From the NCBI GenBank assembly GCA_032718475.1, contig JAUCBJ010008680.1:1-43260 (forward strand): DNA of 43,260 nucleotides, given 5' to 3'. A program made the position numbers and the translations under genes. The first letter of the stretch is position 1. Every line of letters starts with the position of its first letter. Below the pieces are notes generated by a model. The model did not search any database and was not told where the DNA came from. It worked only from the letters and a program-made list of their open reading frames with translations. Source of the stretch: Nemertoderma westbladi. Its lineage: Eukaryota; Animalia; Xenacoelomorpha. Below, in pieces: positions 25,301 through 36,519 of the stretch.

Positions 25301-28300
25301 ACAAATCCAGTTCAATAATAGCTTTAGCTTTCTCACTAACCTTCCTTAGGTGGTAGTAACAAATCCAGTTCAATAATAGCTTTAGCTTTCTCACTAACCT
25401 TCCTTAGGTGGTAGTAACAAATCCAGTTCAATAATAGCTTTAGCTTTCTCACTAACCTTCCTTAGGTGGTAGTAACAAATCTAGTTCAATCATAGCTTTA
25501 GCTTTCTCACTAACCTTCCTTAGGTGGTAGTAACAAATCTAGTTCAATAATAGCTTTAGCTTTCTCACTAACCTTCCTTAGGTGGTAGTAACAAATCCAG
25601 TTCAATAATAGCTTTAGCTTTCTCACTAACCTTCCTTAGGTGGTAGTAACAAATCTAGTTCAATCATAGCTTTAGCTTTCTCACTAACCTTCCTTAGGTG
25701 GTAGTAACAAATCCAGTTCAATAATAGCTTTGGCTTTCTCACTAACCTTCCTTAGGTGGTAGTAACAAATCCAGTTCAATCATAGCTTTAGCTTTCTCAC
25801 TACCCTTCCTTAGGTGTTAGTAACAAATCCAGTTCAATAATAGCTTTAGCTTTCTCACTAACCTTCCTTAGGTGGTAGTAACAAATCCAGTTCAATCATA
25901 GCTTTAGCTTTCTCACTAACCTTCCTTAGGTGGTAGTAACAAATCCAGTTGAGTAATAACTTTAGCTTTCTCACTACCCTTCCTTAGGTGGTAGTAACAA
26001 ATCCAGTTCAATCATAGCTTTAGCTTTCTCACTACCCTTCCTTAGGTGATAGTAACAAATCCAGTTCAATCATAGCTTTAGCTTTCTCACTACCCTTCCT
26101 TAGGTGTTAGTAACAAATCCAGTTCAATAATAGCTTTAGCTTTCTCACTAACCTTCCTTAGGTGGTAGTAACAAATCCAGTTCAATCATAGCTTTAGCTT
26201 TCTCACTACCCTTCCTTAGGTGGTAGTAACAAATCCAGTTCAATAATAGCTTTAGCTTTCTCACTAACCTTCCTTAGGTGGTAGTAACAAATCCAGTTCA
26301 ATCATAGCTTTAGCTTTCTCACTAACCTTCCTTAGGTGGTAGTAACAAATCCAGTTCAATCATAGCTTTAGCTTTCTCACTAACCTTCCTTAGGTGGTAG
26401 TAACAAATCCAGTTCAATCATAGCTTTAGCTTTCTCACTACCCTTCCTTGGGTGTTAGTAACAAATCCAGTTCAATAATAGCTTTAGCTTTCTCACTAAC
26501 CTTCCTTAGGTGGTAGTAACAAATCCAGTTCAATAATAGCTTTAGCTTTCTCACTAACCTTCCTTAGGTGGTAGTAACAAATCCAGTTCAATCATAGCTT
26601 TAGCTTTCTCACTAACCTTCCTTAGGTGGTAGTAACAAATCCAGTTCAATCATAGCTTTAGCTTTCTCACTAACCTTCCTTGGGTGTTAGTAACAAATCC
26701 AGTTCAATAATAGCTTTAGCTTTCTCACTAACCTTCCTTAGGTGGTAGTAACAAATCCAGTTCAATAATAGCTTTAGCTTTCTCACTAACCTTCCTTAGG
26801 TGGTAGTAACAAATCTAGTTTAATCATAGCTTTAGCTTTCTCACTAACCTTCCTTAGGTGGTAGTAACAAATCCAGTTCAATAATAGCTTTGGCTTTCTC
26901 ACTAACCTTCCTTAGGTGGTAGTAACAAATCCAGTTCAATCATAGCTTTAGCTTTCTCACTACCCTTCCTTGGGTGTTAGTAACAAATCCAGTTCAATAA
27001 TAGCTTTAGCTTTTTCACTAACCTTCCTTAGGTGGTAGTAACAAATCCAGTTCAATCATAGCTTTAGCTTTCTCACTACCCTTCCTTAGGTGGTAGTAAC
27101 AAATCCAGTTCAATCATAGCTTTAGCTTTCTCACTAACCTTCCTTAGGTGGTAGTAACAAATCCAGTTCAATCATAGCTTTAGCTTTCTCACTAACCTTC
27201 CTTAGGTGGTAGTAACAAATCCAGTTCAATCATAGCTTTAGCTTTCTCACTAACCTTCCTTAGGTGGTAGTAACAAATCCAGTTCAATCATAGCTTTAGC
27301 TTTCTCACTAACCTTCCTTAGGTGGTAGTAACAAATCCAGTTCAATCATAGCTTTAGCTTTCTCACTAACCTTCCTTAGGTGGTAGTAACAAATCCAGTT
27401 CAATCATAGCTTTAGCTTTCTCACTAACCTTCCTTAGGTGGTAGTAACAAATCCAGTTCAATCATAGCTTTAGCTTTCTCACTAACCTTCCTTAGGTGGT
27501 AGTAACAAATCCAGTTCAATAATAGCTTTAGCTTTCTCACTAACCTTCCTTAGGTGGTAGTAACAAATCCAGTTCAATCATAGCTTTAGCTTTCTCACTA
27601 CCCTTCCTTAGGTGGTAGTAACAAATCCAGTTCAATCATAGCTTTAGCTTTCTCACTAACCTTCCTTAGGTGGTAGTAACAAATCCAGTTCAATCATAGC
27701 TTTAGCTTTCTCACTAACCTTCCTTAGGTGGTAGTAACAAATCCAGTTCAATCATAGCTTTAGCTTTCTCACTAACCTTCCTTAGGTGGTAGTAACAAAT
27801 CCAGTTCAATCATAGCTTTAGCTTTCTCACTACCCTTCCTTAGGTGGTAGTAACAAATCCAGTTCAATCATAGCTTTAGCTTTCTCACTACCCTTCCTTA
27901 GGTGGTAGTAACAAATCCAGTTCAATCATAGCTTTAGCTTTCTCACTAACCTTCCTTAGGTGGTAGTAACAAATCCAGTTCAATCATAGCTTTAGCTTTC
28001 TCACTAACCTTCCTTAGGTGGTAGTAACAAATCCAGTTCAATCATAGCTTTAGCTTTCTCACTAACCTTCCTTAGGTGGTAGTAACAAATCCAGTTCAAT
28101 CATAGCTTTAGCTTTCTCACTAACCTTCCTTAGGTGGTAGTAACAAATCCAGTTCAATCATAGCTTTAGTTTTCTCGCGACTGTTAAGTTTATTTATTTT
28201 TAGAAGTTCGATTATATCGGAACGCAGTTCTTCATCTCTATCATCGCCAGTCTTCTCGTCTCTTTTGGTGTAAATCTCTAAAGACAACCTCACCAATGCA

Positions 28301-30564
28301 AACAACGTTGTTTTGAAATGTACCTAAATAGTAATAATACATTACATATATATTAAATTACCTTACCCATCTTTGGAACGTATAATACATCTTAGGTATC
28401 ACTTTATAAATTTTAACCTCTTTGTTGTACATTAATTACCATGCAATAAATTATTATTATTCCAAAATTGTAACATTACTCAACGCCGTTAGTATTAACA
28501 GCGAGTTGTTATTTAGCACTTTACAACTTTAGAGGACATTACAGCATTGTATTGGCCTGTACATTTAGTATTGTATTTGGTGTTATTGTTTACGTGGTAA
28601 CCCATGACGGCGTTAAGTAATGTCCACTAAGGGGACATTACTTAACGCCGTCATTGGATACCACGTAAACAATAGGTGGAAATTTGCCTGACAGCCAGAT
28701 AGGCCTACTGCATTACCTACCGGTAGGCGGGGTATAGCTATTAATAACCAGTAGGGCCTAGCTATATTATTATAACATGGCTCCAAACGCCACCATAAAT
28801 ATAAGCTAACTTATTTATAACATAATTTATGTCATTTTTACAATTATTTATACAGCAACTAATATAATTTGTGCAGTTTCTATCACTTATAATATATATA
28901 CAATCATTTCGTAATGTTAAAATTTTGGAATAAAACTACATACATACTTGTTGCAAAGTACTTTACAGTGTTCTGATCCTCGTGGCTTTATTTTCACTCA
29001 CTCACTAACGTTCGTTCGTGTAACAAAGCCACTCGGATCATCACACTGTAAAGTGCTACTTTACACACAAGTATGTAAATAGTAAATTATTTCATATCAT
29101 ACAGCTGACAAATAACTACATGTAGATAGCTGCGTTATGTATAAAGATTATATTTTAGAATAATTATTTTATACGTTTTCAATAGTTTAACAATTTATTA
29201 TTTAATTTGATTAAATGTCGATAGACTTTGTTATATCCAGTTGTAATAAATATATAATGGTAAATTAATATTTGAATACATTATAATAAAAATATATGAT
29301 ATATAATGGTAAATAAATATACAATGGTAAATAAATATATAATGGTAACTAATTATATTATGGTAAATAAATATAATGGTTAATAAATACATAATGGTAA
29401 ATTTATATTTGAATACATAATAATAAAAATATATGAATATATAATTGTAAATTAATAAATAATGGTAAATACGTATATAATGGAAAATTAATATATAATA
29501 TAATCATAAAAATATATGAATTTATATGAATATATAATTATAAAAATATATGAATATATAATTATAAAAATATATGAATATATATGAATTTATAATTATA
29601 AAAATATATGTATATAGTGGTAAATAAATATCTAATGGTAAATGAATATTTTAAACGAAATATTGAATATATTTTGGTAAATGAAAATTTCAATTCATTC
29701 ATGAAAATTAAATAATTTAAGTTTATAAATGGGTCTGTATAAAAAAGGATAATATATAAATAAAAAGGGGTCTGTATATCTTAAACAAGATGATTCGAGA
29801 TGAATATAAATTCAAACTGTTTCACTTCGGCCGGTTGTCGTTACCATAACTACCGGTATAGTTTGATTACCTTGTCGTCGTCCATTACAGGCATGTTCAT
29901 CCGTATTAATCTGCGATATGCCAACCTCCAGGGGCACTTTATACCAAAACCTAATGGCGGGATCAAAATCTTGAGAAGTTCAAAGGCGTCCGTGTATAGA
30001 ATGCGACCCCTGTATGGGAGGGATGCAAATATGTAGATTATTTGGGGGGAGTTAGTTACCTACTAGTGTGTATAATTGTATAATTAAATACTCAGCCAAC
30101 ACTACACCCATAGGTACCTACTGACATTATATTACACTGATAAAAGTTTACACTCAATTTATTTACTCAATGAATATTTGGTTCTACATACACATACCCT
30201 CAATCACTCCTTATCAGTCTGCAGTCTTCTATTGTATCTTACCTGCAATAAGCCTATAAAAACTTCCGAATACATTTTGGCCCCTGATACACCGTAGTAC
30301 AAAGTACACTCAACTCAACTTCTTCTTCCTATTTTTCAGAATATATACCATATAATATTACAACTTTCGTTGGGCACAGCTTTGTAAAGTCGGCAATGAC
30401 GTCCAGGTGGGATCGAACATTCCCGATGTAACTTACGTGGCATTGGGATCGTAATCCCCCCAAAGTTTCACGAATTCGTCTAGATGATGGGGACCCAGAA
30501 TCGATTTGTCTCGAGTTAGATATTCGAAATTATCCATTATTACAGCCACGAACAGATTCAGCAT
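7182..30564 (-). CDS. cac: Voltage-gated calcium channel alpha-1 subunit, Cav2 type, 3' part. Spliced model: join(30437..30564, 29871..30009, 28125..28323, 22748..22848, 7616..7887, 7463..7534, 7182..7347). The 5' exons are not found in this window.
   Basis: Manual translation gives [107 protein letters not shown]...[33 protein letters not shown]... This is the IVS6 end, GPHH, EF-hand, pre-IQ and IQ region of Cav channels. MLNLF/NFEY and [11 protein letters not shown] are Cav2-like. All junctions are GT-AG with matching phases; total 1077 nt = 358 aa + stop. Confidence 0.93.
7463..7534 (-). CDS. cac: Probable 72-nt symmetric (phase 2-2) C-tail exon
   Basis: tttcaattcag|G TCG GAA...TGG GA|gtaaga; open reading (R)[23 protein letters not shown](D); GC-richer than the flanking 81- and 115-nt introns. 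Confidence 0.6.
7616..7887 (-). CDS. cac: Cav2 distal C-tail exon (272 nt if the last acceptor of the 42-bp array is used)
   Basis: ttttacag|AAC TCA CAA ATC...ATT AG|gtaaaa; [22 protein letters not shown]...SPNRII is open; phase 0 matches the IQ exon. There is no conserved motif, so the assignment rests on phase, openness and splice sites. Confidence 0.75.
7851..21047. repeat. 42-bp satellite, ~314 copies (ACAAATTTACCAACATCCTCAATGATTTGTGAGTTCTGTAAA); the unit spans a Cav2 intron acceptor and exon start on the minus strand
   Basis: First to last acceptor is 21035-7887 = 13148 nt = 313x42 + 2, with two +1 T insertions near 8321 and 8617. Confidence 0.99.
21381..22598. repeat. ~27-bp intronic minisatellite (CAAGAACTTCTACTACTTCTACTTTCT), ~45 copies, degenerate toward the ends
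   Basis: Direct tandem copies with internal CTACTT sub-repeats; G-poor on the plus strand. Confidence 0.96.
22748..22848 (-). CDS. cac: Cav2 exon (101 nt): degenerate IQ-domain region
   Basis: tatttcag|AA TTA AGA...GAT AAG|gttagt; encodes (E)[33 protein letters not shown], which aligns by eye with the Cav2 'TVGKIYA..LI.E..R' motif; phase 1 matches the previous exon. Confidence 0.88.
22977..28176. repeat. 59-bp satellite, ~73 copies (GGTGGTAGTAACAAATCCAGTTCAATCATAGCTTTAGCTTTCTCACTAACCTTCCTTA-type unit); the unit spans the Cav2 exon end and donor on the minus strand; interrupted by an RTE
   Basis: Tandem copies at 23950-28176 plus 1-2 copies left of the RTE; a degenerate copy at ~22930-22980. 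Confidence 0.97.
23060..23949 (+). mobile_element. 5'-truncated RTE-clade non-LTR retrotransposon (RT C-terminal half) with (TAG)n tail and 12-bp TSD
   Basis: [36 protein letters not shown]; stop at 23902; tail tagtagtagtagtagtag; GTGGTAGTAACA at both 23048-23059 and 23950-23961. Confidence 0.92.
28125..28323 (-). CDS. cac: Cav2 exon (199 nt): pre-IQ region; its 3' end is the seed of the 59-bp satellite
   Basis: tatttag|GTA CAT TTC...AAG GAA G|gttagt; encodes [66 protein letters not shown]. Confidence 0.92.
28584..28674. repeat. Inverted repeat with 42-bp arms (2 mismatches) and a 7-nt loop; MITE-like
   Basis: tattgtttacgtggtaacccatgacggcgttaagtaatgtcc pairs with ggacattacttaacgccgtcattggataccacgtaaacaata. 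Confidence 0.85.
28941..29077. repeat. Imperfect fold-back element (~137 bp), MITE-like
   Basis: Nested inverted pairs: tacatacttg/caagtatgta, actttacagtgt/acactgtaaagt, tgatcc/ggatca, gtggcttt/aaagccac. Confidence 0.8.
29240..29690. repeat. Degenerate AT-rich low-complexity repeat (AATATATAATGGTAAAT-like)
   Basis: Recurrent ataatggtaaat and aaaatatatgaat motifs; almost no C. Confidence 0.75.
29871..30009 (-). CDS. cac: Cav2 exon (139 nt): EF-hand / PPLGFG region
   Basis: catacag|G GGT CGC ATT...GAC AAG|gtaatc; encodes [46 protein letters not shown]; enters phase 2, exits phase 0. Confidence 0.95.
30437..30564 (-). CDS. cac: Cav2 exon (128 nt): end of IVS6 and GPHH motif
   Basis: cggtag|ATG CTG AAT CTG TTC...GCC AC|gtaagt; encodes [42 protein letters not shown](T). 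Confidence 0.96.
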
Positions 30565-30783
30565 CTACCGTTCAGAATAATTATTTATTACTTGGGAGAA
30601 AAGTATAAATTGTATTCTTCAATTGTTACTTTTTCGCTCGGATATACCCCAAAATCGGGAGAAAAAGTTTCACTTTTTCAAATTAATTTTTGATAGGAAA
30701 AAAAGTAACCCATTGATTTTATTGCATTGATTTCATTGCATCGATTGCATTGATTTTACTTTTATATTATGTATATATAATGA

Positions 30784-33700
30784 ATGACGGCGTTTCTGCT
30801 ATCAGGAGCACCTCTAAACTACAGAAGAGCCTTTAAGGTGGCCTTCGAAGGTCTGGTAGACCACCCGGGGCTGAAGGGCGAGTCGGTGTACTACGATAGC
30901 CGGCACCTAGTAGACAGAGAGGTGGACACACCATACAAGAGGTGGGAGAAGCTGGAAGCGGATAGAGTCGAGGAGAAGAAGCAGGAAGAAATCGCTAGGC
31001 GAGAAAGGAGGGAAGCAGGCGAGAGAGAGGCGGATATAAGGGGAGAGGAGTATGGGTTCGAAGCCCAGGACTTGGACGAGCTAAGGTGGGGATCAGGGAG
31101 CTCGGGCGAGTTTCTGGGTGAGGAACTGGGATGGACGGAGGGATCGCCGAAACAGTCAACATCGGGATTGCAAGTGATGCCCATACCAGGGGGCTCTGAG
31201 GGCGATTTCGCAAGGAAGAGACCAAGGGAGCAGGAAGGGTGGAAAGTTGCGGGTGGAAACCGAGGCGGAAAGGGGCACAGTGGATCTACCGGGCTACCGG
31301 GCCCGGATCCACTCCCAGATGACGACGAGTTCGGGGAGATGCCGCCCATTGAGAGGATCGGCCACCCAGATATGGACTGGGTGGGCGGGAGAGTGGTGAC
31401 TGCTAGCGGGGCGAGAGCCTTCTGGGATAAACCCGGCAAGCGGGCCTGGGTGCACGAGGAGCCGGCGATGGATTTCGTGGGGAGCACCATCAGGTTGGGC
31501 GAGCAGCCGGGAACGGCACCACGGGTAGTGTTTGGGGAGACGATGCCGAAGGGGGAGGAGGACGTGGATATGGGTAGGGACCATAATGTTCAGATGTTTG
31601 CCTAGCAACGGCTCCAGGGGCAAAGGACGACTTGGGGCGGGGTGCGTTGATACACGGCTGTGATTACTGCGGGAGATTGAATCACCAGGAAAAGAGCTGT
31701 TTGTATCGATTTCAGAAGGGGACGAGCTGCCTCTACTGCCGCGAGTCGACCCATAGGATGGGTGCGTGTCCGAGGCTGCACAACCGCTGCTCTAAGTGTA
31801 ACTTCCGAGGGCACTATGGGCGCCAGTGCGACTGGATGGACGATGAAGAGAAATTGGACAAAATAGACCAAATCTCTAACCGCATCATCCGTTGCCACTT
31901 CTCATGTTCTGGAAGACTGTCTAAGAAGTTTCCTAAGGTGGTTCTGATTGTGTGCTACTCTCCAACTAGTGTTGCCACTGTAGAGGAGGTGGAAAATTTC
32001 TACCACAATCTACAAGCAGCTACTGATGGAGTGGATCAGCATGCATTCTTAACATTCCTGGGAGACTTTAATGCAAGTCTGCATCAATCACCTACATCGC
32101 CCTGGGTCTATAGCAATAGTGTTAACCGAAATTCTATTCATCTTCAGGATTTTATCTCTGGAAATGGATTGTTTTGGGCTGGAACCCAGTTCAAGAAGCG
32201 AACTGGAAAGCTATGGACTCATAGTGGACCCAGTGGTCACAAGTCCCAGAGACCATATTCTGTTTCGTAGGAAATAGAGGAGCTCTATACAAGACTGTAA
32301 TGAATTTACACTTCGACCCTTCTCCAGTGATCACCGCCTTATTGTTGCCAAGGTAAGACTTAGTCTGCGTGCTAGCAGAACAACGAAATCTGCCTTGCCG
32401 CGGCATGACTGGTCCTCTCTGTTGCAACAGCCAAGTGTGAGATCCAGCTTCGCACTAGAGCTGAGCAACAGGTATGAGGCTCTTGCCTCTGAGGCGGCAG
32501 ATCACTGTGAGGGCTATACTGCCTTTACAGAAGCAGTTAAGTTAGCAGCTGCAGAAACAGTTCCTGTATACCCTCGAAACAGGAAAAGGGCCCCCCGGAC
32601 TGACAACAAAATTCAGAAGTGCCGAAATGACTTTCATAAGGCGCAGAAAGAGTCCCGACTCAAACAGACTACAGCGGCCAAGAATGCAGTTAAGGCTGCA
32701 TCTAGGTCCCTGAACAGGCAGTACTCTGTTAATCTACAGGAGCTAATAAACCAACAGGTTGATGCCATCAATGATGCTGACGACAGCAGGCAATCATCCC
32801 AGGCATGGAAATCGATCAATTTGCTTACTGGGCGGAAAAGCCAACCAACCACCAAGGTTAAGGCTGAATCACCAGCCGATCGCCTCAATGGTTGGAAAGC
32901 CCACTTTGAAAAGCTCCTCAATTATGACAGGGTAATGCCTGATAAATTTATAGAAGTAAAAGTGTCTCTGTCTGTACTCCCAGATATTCCCATTGGTGAT
33001 ATCTCCTTTGCAGAAGTGAGGCTGCTGCAAAGAGCATTAAGACCAATCGTGCCAGTGGAGTAGATGGTGTTCCCCCTGAGGTCTTTAAAATACCTGAGTG
33101 TTTAAAGCTCATCTATCCCATCATAGTAGACATGTACCGAACAACAAGAGTCCCACAAGAAATGAAAACAAATAAGTTGGTGCCAGTTCCCAAGAAAGGC
33201 AACCTAACACTCTATGGTTCTTTTCGGGGAATCTCATTGATCTCGATTGCTGCAAAGCTATACAATAGAATTCTATTAAATCGCATCAGGGATCCCATTG
33301 AGAGACTGCTCCGTGGAAATCAAAATGGGTTCCGTAAAGGTCGTGGGACCATGGATCCCATTTTGGTGTTCGCATCGTGAGGAAGTGAGAGGAGTGCAAT
33401 TCAAGCATGGGGGGGCGAGCAGTGAGAGAAGAAGGGTCCCGAGGGACCGGAGAGAGAGTAAGGGACAACGAGGTCCGTGAGAGAGAGAGTAAGGGACAGA
33501 GAGGTCCGTGGGGAAGGTTAGAGTGAGGTTGTAGAAAATTGTGTGGAGAGAGAGAGCACAATTGTCTCAAACAGAGACACCAGATACCTTGGTGCAACAT
33601 AGCTCGCGATTGCACCAAGGAGGGGTAGTAATAACATACCCAGGGGGGGGGGGGGGGCGGTCATGAAAGCCGACCCCGAGAAAATAACTCCAACCCCCCC

Positions 33701-34150
33701 CCCCCCTTTTTTAGATTGGGTTCCAGCGGAATTGAAGCGCACTTAAGGTTGATGCTATCTTCTCACCGGGAAGATAGCAGGGGGGAGTGTAAGCGGATTC
33801 AATTCCATTACATTATCCACCTTAGAATGGGACCAGTGGCATTTTATCAATAAAGTTGGAGATACGAGATTAGCAATAATAATCTCGCCTCACAACCAAC
33901 TTTGGGGGGGGGGGGGGGGGCGACACAAGCCCTAAAGCCACAGAGAGAGGTGAGAGGTCAAACCACCTCGGAGGAAGAACACAGCTAGTAGAGGCTAGCG
34001 GCGGGGGAAACACTCACAGGGAGTGCCAAAGTGACAATTAGTATATTAGCCAATAGCAGGGAGGGAAGCACGTGAACAGAGATAGGAAAGCATCCACTGG
34101 GTACAGAAGGCCAAGTAGAGTAGGAGGTGAAACCAATATCTGTGTGTATC
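30784..34150 (+). mobile_element. GC/purine-rich unclassified retroelement-like remnant: disrupted ORF with three zinc knuckles, interrupted by an RTE fragment, followed by a PPT-like tract and possible 3' LTR
   Basis: Sharp GC rise at 30784; ORF 30784-31605, then a frame change to CDYCGRLNHQEKSC / CLYCRESTHRMGAC / CSKCNFRGHYGRQC; AGGGGGGAG (33779-33787) then TGT (33788); boundaries approximate. Confidence 0.5.
31855..33372 (+). pseudogene. Frameshifted RTE-clade LINE fragment (APE endonuclease C-part, linker, RT N-part)
   Basis: VCYSPT, LGDFNA and DHILFR (APE); LVPVPKKGNL, FRGISL, AKLYNRILLNRI and QNGFRKGR (RT); split over several ORFs. Confidence 0.88.
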
Positions 34151-34166
34151 AATCATACATTATTCT

Positions 34167-36222
34167 TTTTTTAATTTAATTTAATTTCATACACAAACAA
34201 ACAAAATATAGTTTGGTACACCGTAATTAATGTGCACAAATCGACCACCTAAACTATAAAATAACAAAAGCACAGACTGAAACAGAAACAAGACAAAATA
34301 TTGGTAATATGTAAGTGTATTAAACCCTAACCAACAAACTAAGAGAAGAATCATGCAGTGGCAACAAAATTTATAATATTATCTAGTTCAAGAGAATCAA
34401 AACCGGGAACACTAGCGTTATTTAACCGACAATTAATAAGTTCTTGTAACAAAGGAACCCGCCATTCATTACCAACAGGCACATGTGCATAACTCAAACT
34501 ATTAGCAAACCTTGGGACCAGAGAACGTAAATTATATATGTTACACCGGTTACCAATATTTCGTAAATTTGTGCCCGAACGTGTCCTACAATCAAAAACG
34601 CACAGTTCAGCCAAAAATCGTATAATACGTTTATTAGATGTGAGTAAAGAGTTAACAAATTTAACATAACGAGTTTGCAACATTACGCACGGATGCTTAA
34701 AAGGTACCAAATTCTCTACAATAAATCTATGTGTATTGTAAGGTAATCTGAATATTAATCTAATATTAATATTCCACGATGTATAAATTCTAGATGTACT
34801 GTCTGAAAAAAGGTCCCATAGATTACTCCCAAAAAGACAAGTTGCGTAAATCCGCTGGATATCGCACAATAAATAAGGATCAGAAAAATAAAACTCTTGT
34901 CTTAGTGCATTTAATTTACCTATTAATTGGCCGCGTTTTTTCAGTACATCAGACACCATACTATTGCGAAAATCAAAAACATGCCCCAAATGAACTGCCT
35001 CACGAACCCATGGCAAATCGTGACCATTTAAATGTATTCTGGCAGCAGGTTCCCTCCAACGCGTCGAGTTGCTGAATGCAATACATTTCGATTTAGACTT
35101 CTCTGGAGTTACATTTGTACTGAAAACTAAATCATTATCTTGTGCAAATCTTTCGCATAATGAAACCATAAACTGAAGGCCGCACAGAGATGGGCACAGC
35201 AAGAAAATATCATCCGCGTATGCTAGTGCACCCAAGAAATAAGTGCCTATCCAGCATCCTACACCTGCCTCTCGCAGACGCACAAGGAGCGAGTTGAGAA
35301 GAATGCAAAACAGAATTGGCGAGGCCACAGATCCCTGTTTTACACCATTAGAAATACCGAAAGGAGACGATAAAGTTTCATTCCAACGGACACAACAGGA
35401 TTGATTGGAATATATCCACAGTAGGGTACGTAGGAATAACGGAGAGAAACCCTTTTTGATCAGTTCCAAGAATAGTTTACACCACTCGACCATATCGAAT
35501 GCCTTTGTGAGGTCAAGTAGACTCCCATATACTGGTGTATTGTACCTGGAGTAATGACCAATCACCTCTGAGGCTACCCACGAGCACTGGCTTGTCCCCG
35601 TACCAGACTGAAAACCGAACTGCAGCTCATCCAATGAAAGGCATTCAGATTGTGACAGCAACATTACCCATTCAAATAGTTTGATTAACAATGATGACAA
35701 AGCTATTGCACGGTAGTTACTAGAGACGGCTTGATCACCCAGCTTATCTTTAATTAAAGGTAATATAACGCAAGTCAGAAGAAATTGAGGTACAAAACCA
35801 TGAACAAGAAACAAGTTAAATAACCTAACTAATTGCTCTCTAAATTCCGGGCCCGCATTGATTAAGCAGTCCGAATCAAAATCCAAAGGCTACATCTGTC
35901 TTAGAACTTTTAAGCTTATTCATAGCCTCCCAAACTAGCTCTGAAGTTATAAGCGGCAATGCATCCCTATCACAACTGTCCAATTTCTCATGAATCTGCT
36001 GCCGTAAACCTTCCAAATTTGAGTTATAAGGTTGATTAAACAATGTGGAGTAAATTGAAGCAAAGCGATCAGCTATTGACTGTGAGTCAACACAGTCATC
36101 TATTCTAGAACTGACTACAGGCGACACCCGACGCAGCTTCTTAATCTCCTCGAATATCTGTTGATTGTTTCTCAAACAGGCTTGCAGTAATTTGTCTCGC
36201 TGAATGTTATCAGAAGCGCGTT
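34167..36222 (-). mobile_element. 5'-truncated non-LTR retrotransposon (RT ORF2 with one frameshift near 35880, 3' UTR, (TAAAT)n/A tail); clade not assigned
   Basis: ILPLIKDK, NYRAIAL, QFGFQ, LDLTKAFD, GVKQGSVASP and AYADD in ORF 34351-35886; upstream ORF 35876-36175 is collinear; tail aaattaaattaaattaaaaaaa. Confidence 0.9.
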
Positions 36223-36519
36223 CTGTATTACTGATTTACCGGTCAGTTCATTAATCACAGAGTTGCAGACCGGTCATAGTTTATGACCGTCACCGTCACC
36301 AATATCACCAATTAATATCTGTGTATTTTCTGCTGTCATCCTGTATCGTGATATTCATTACATACTGATCCTGTGCTATTCTCATTCAGAACATTAATAT
36401 TGAGAAACACAAACTCCATTATTTCCCCGACGGCCTTCGGCCAAAACGACTATAGTACAACAGCTTCAGCGGAACGGTGACGCGTACAAATCTAACCCGG
36501 TCGGGATCTACGATCCCGT

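Noticed and set aside
29800-30036. Plus-strand 78-aa ORF
   Set aside because: Antisense shadow of the Cav2 EF-hand exon.
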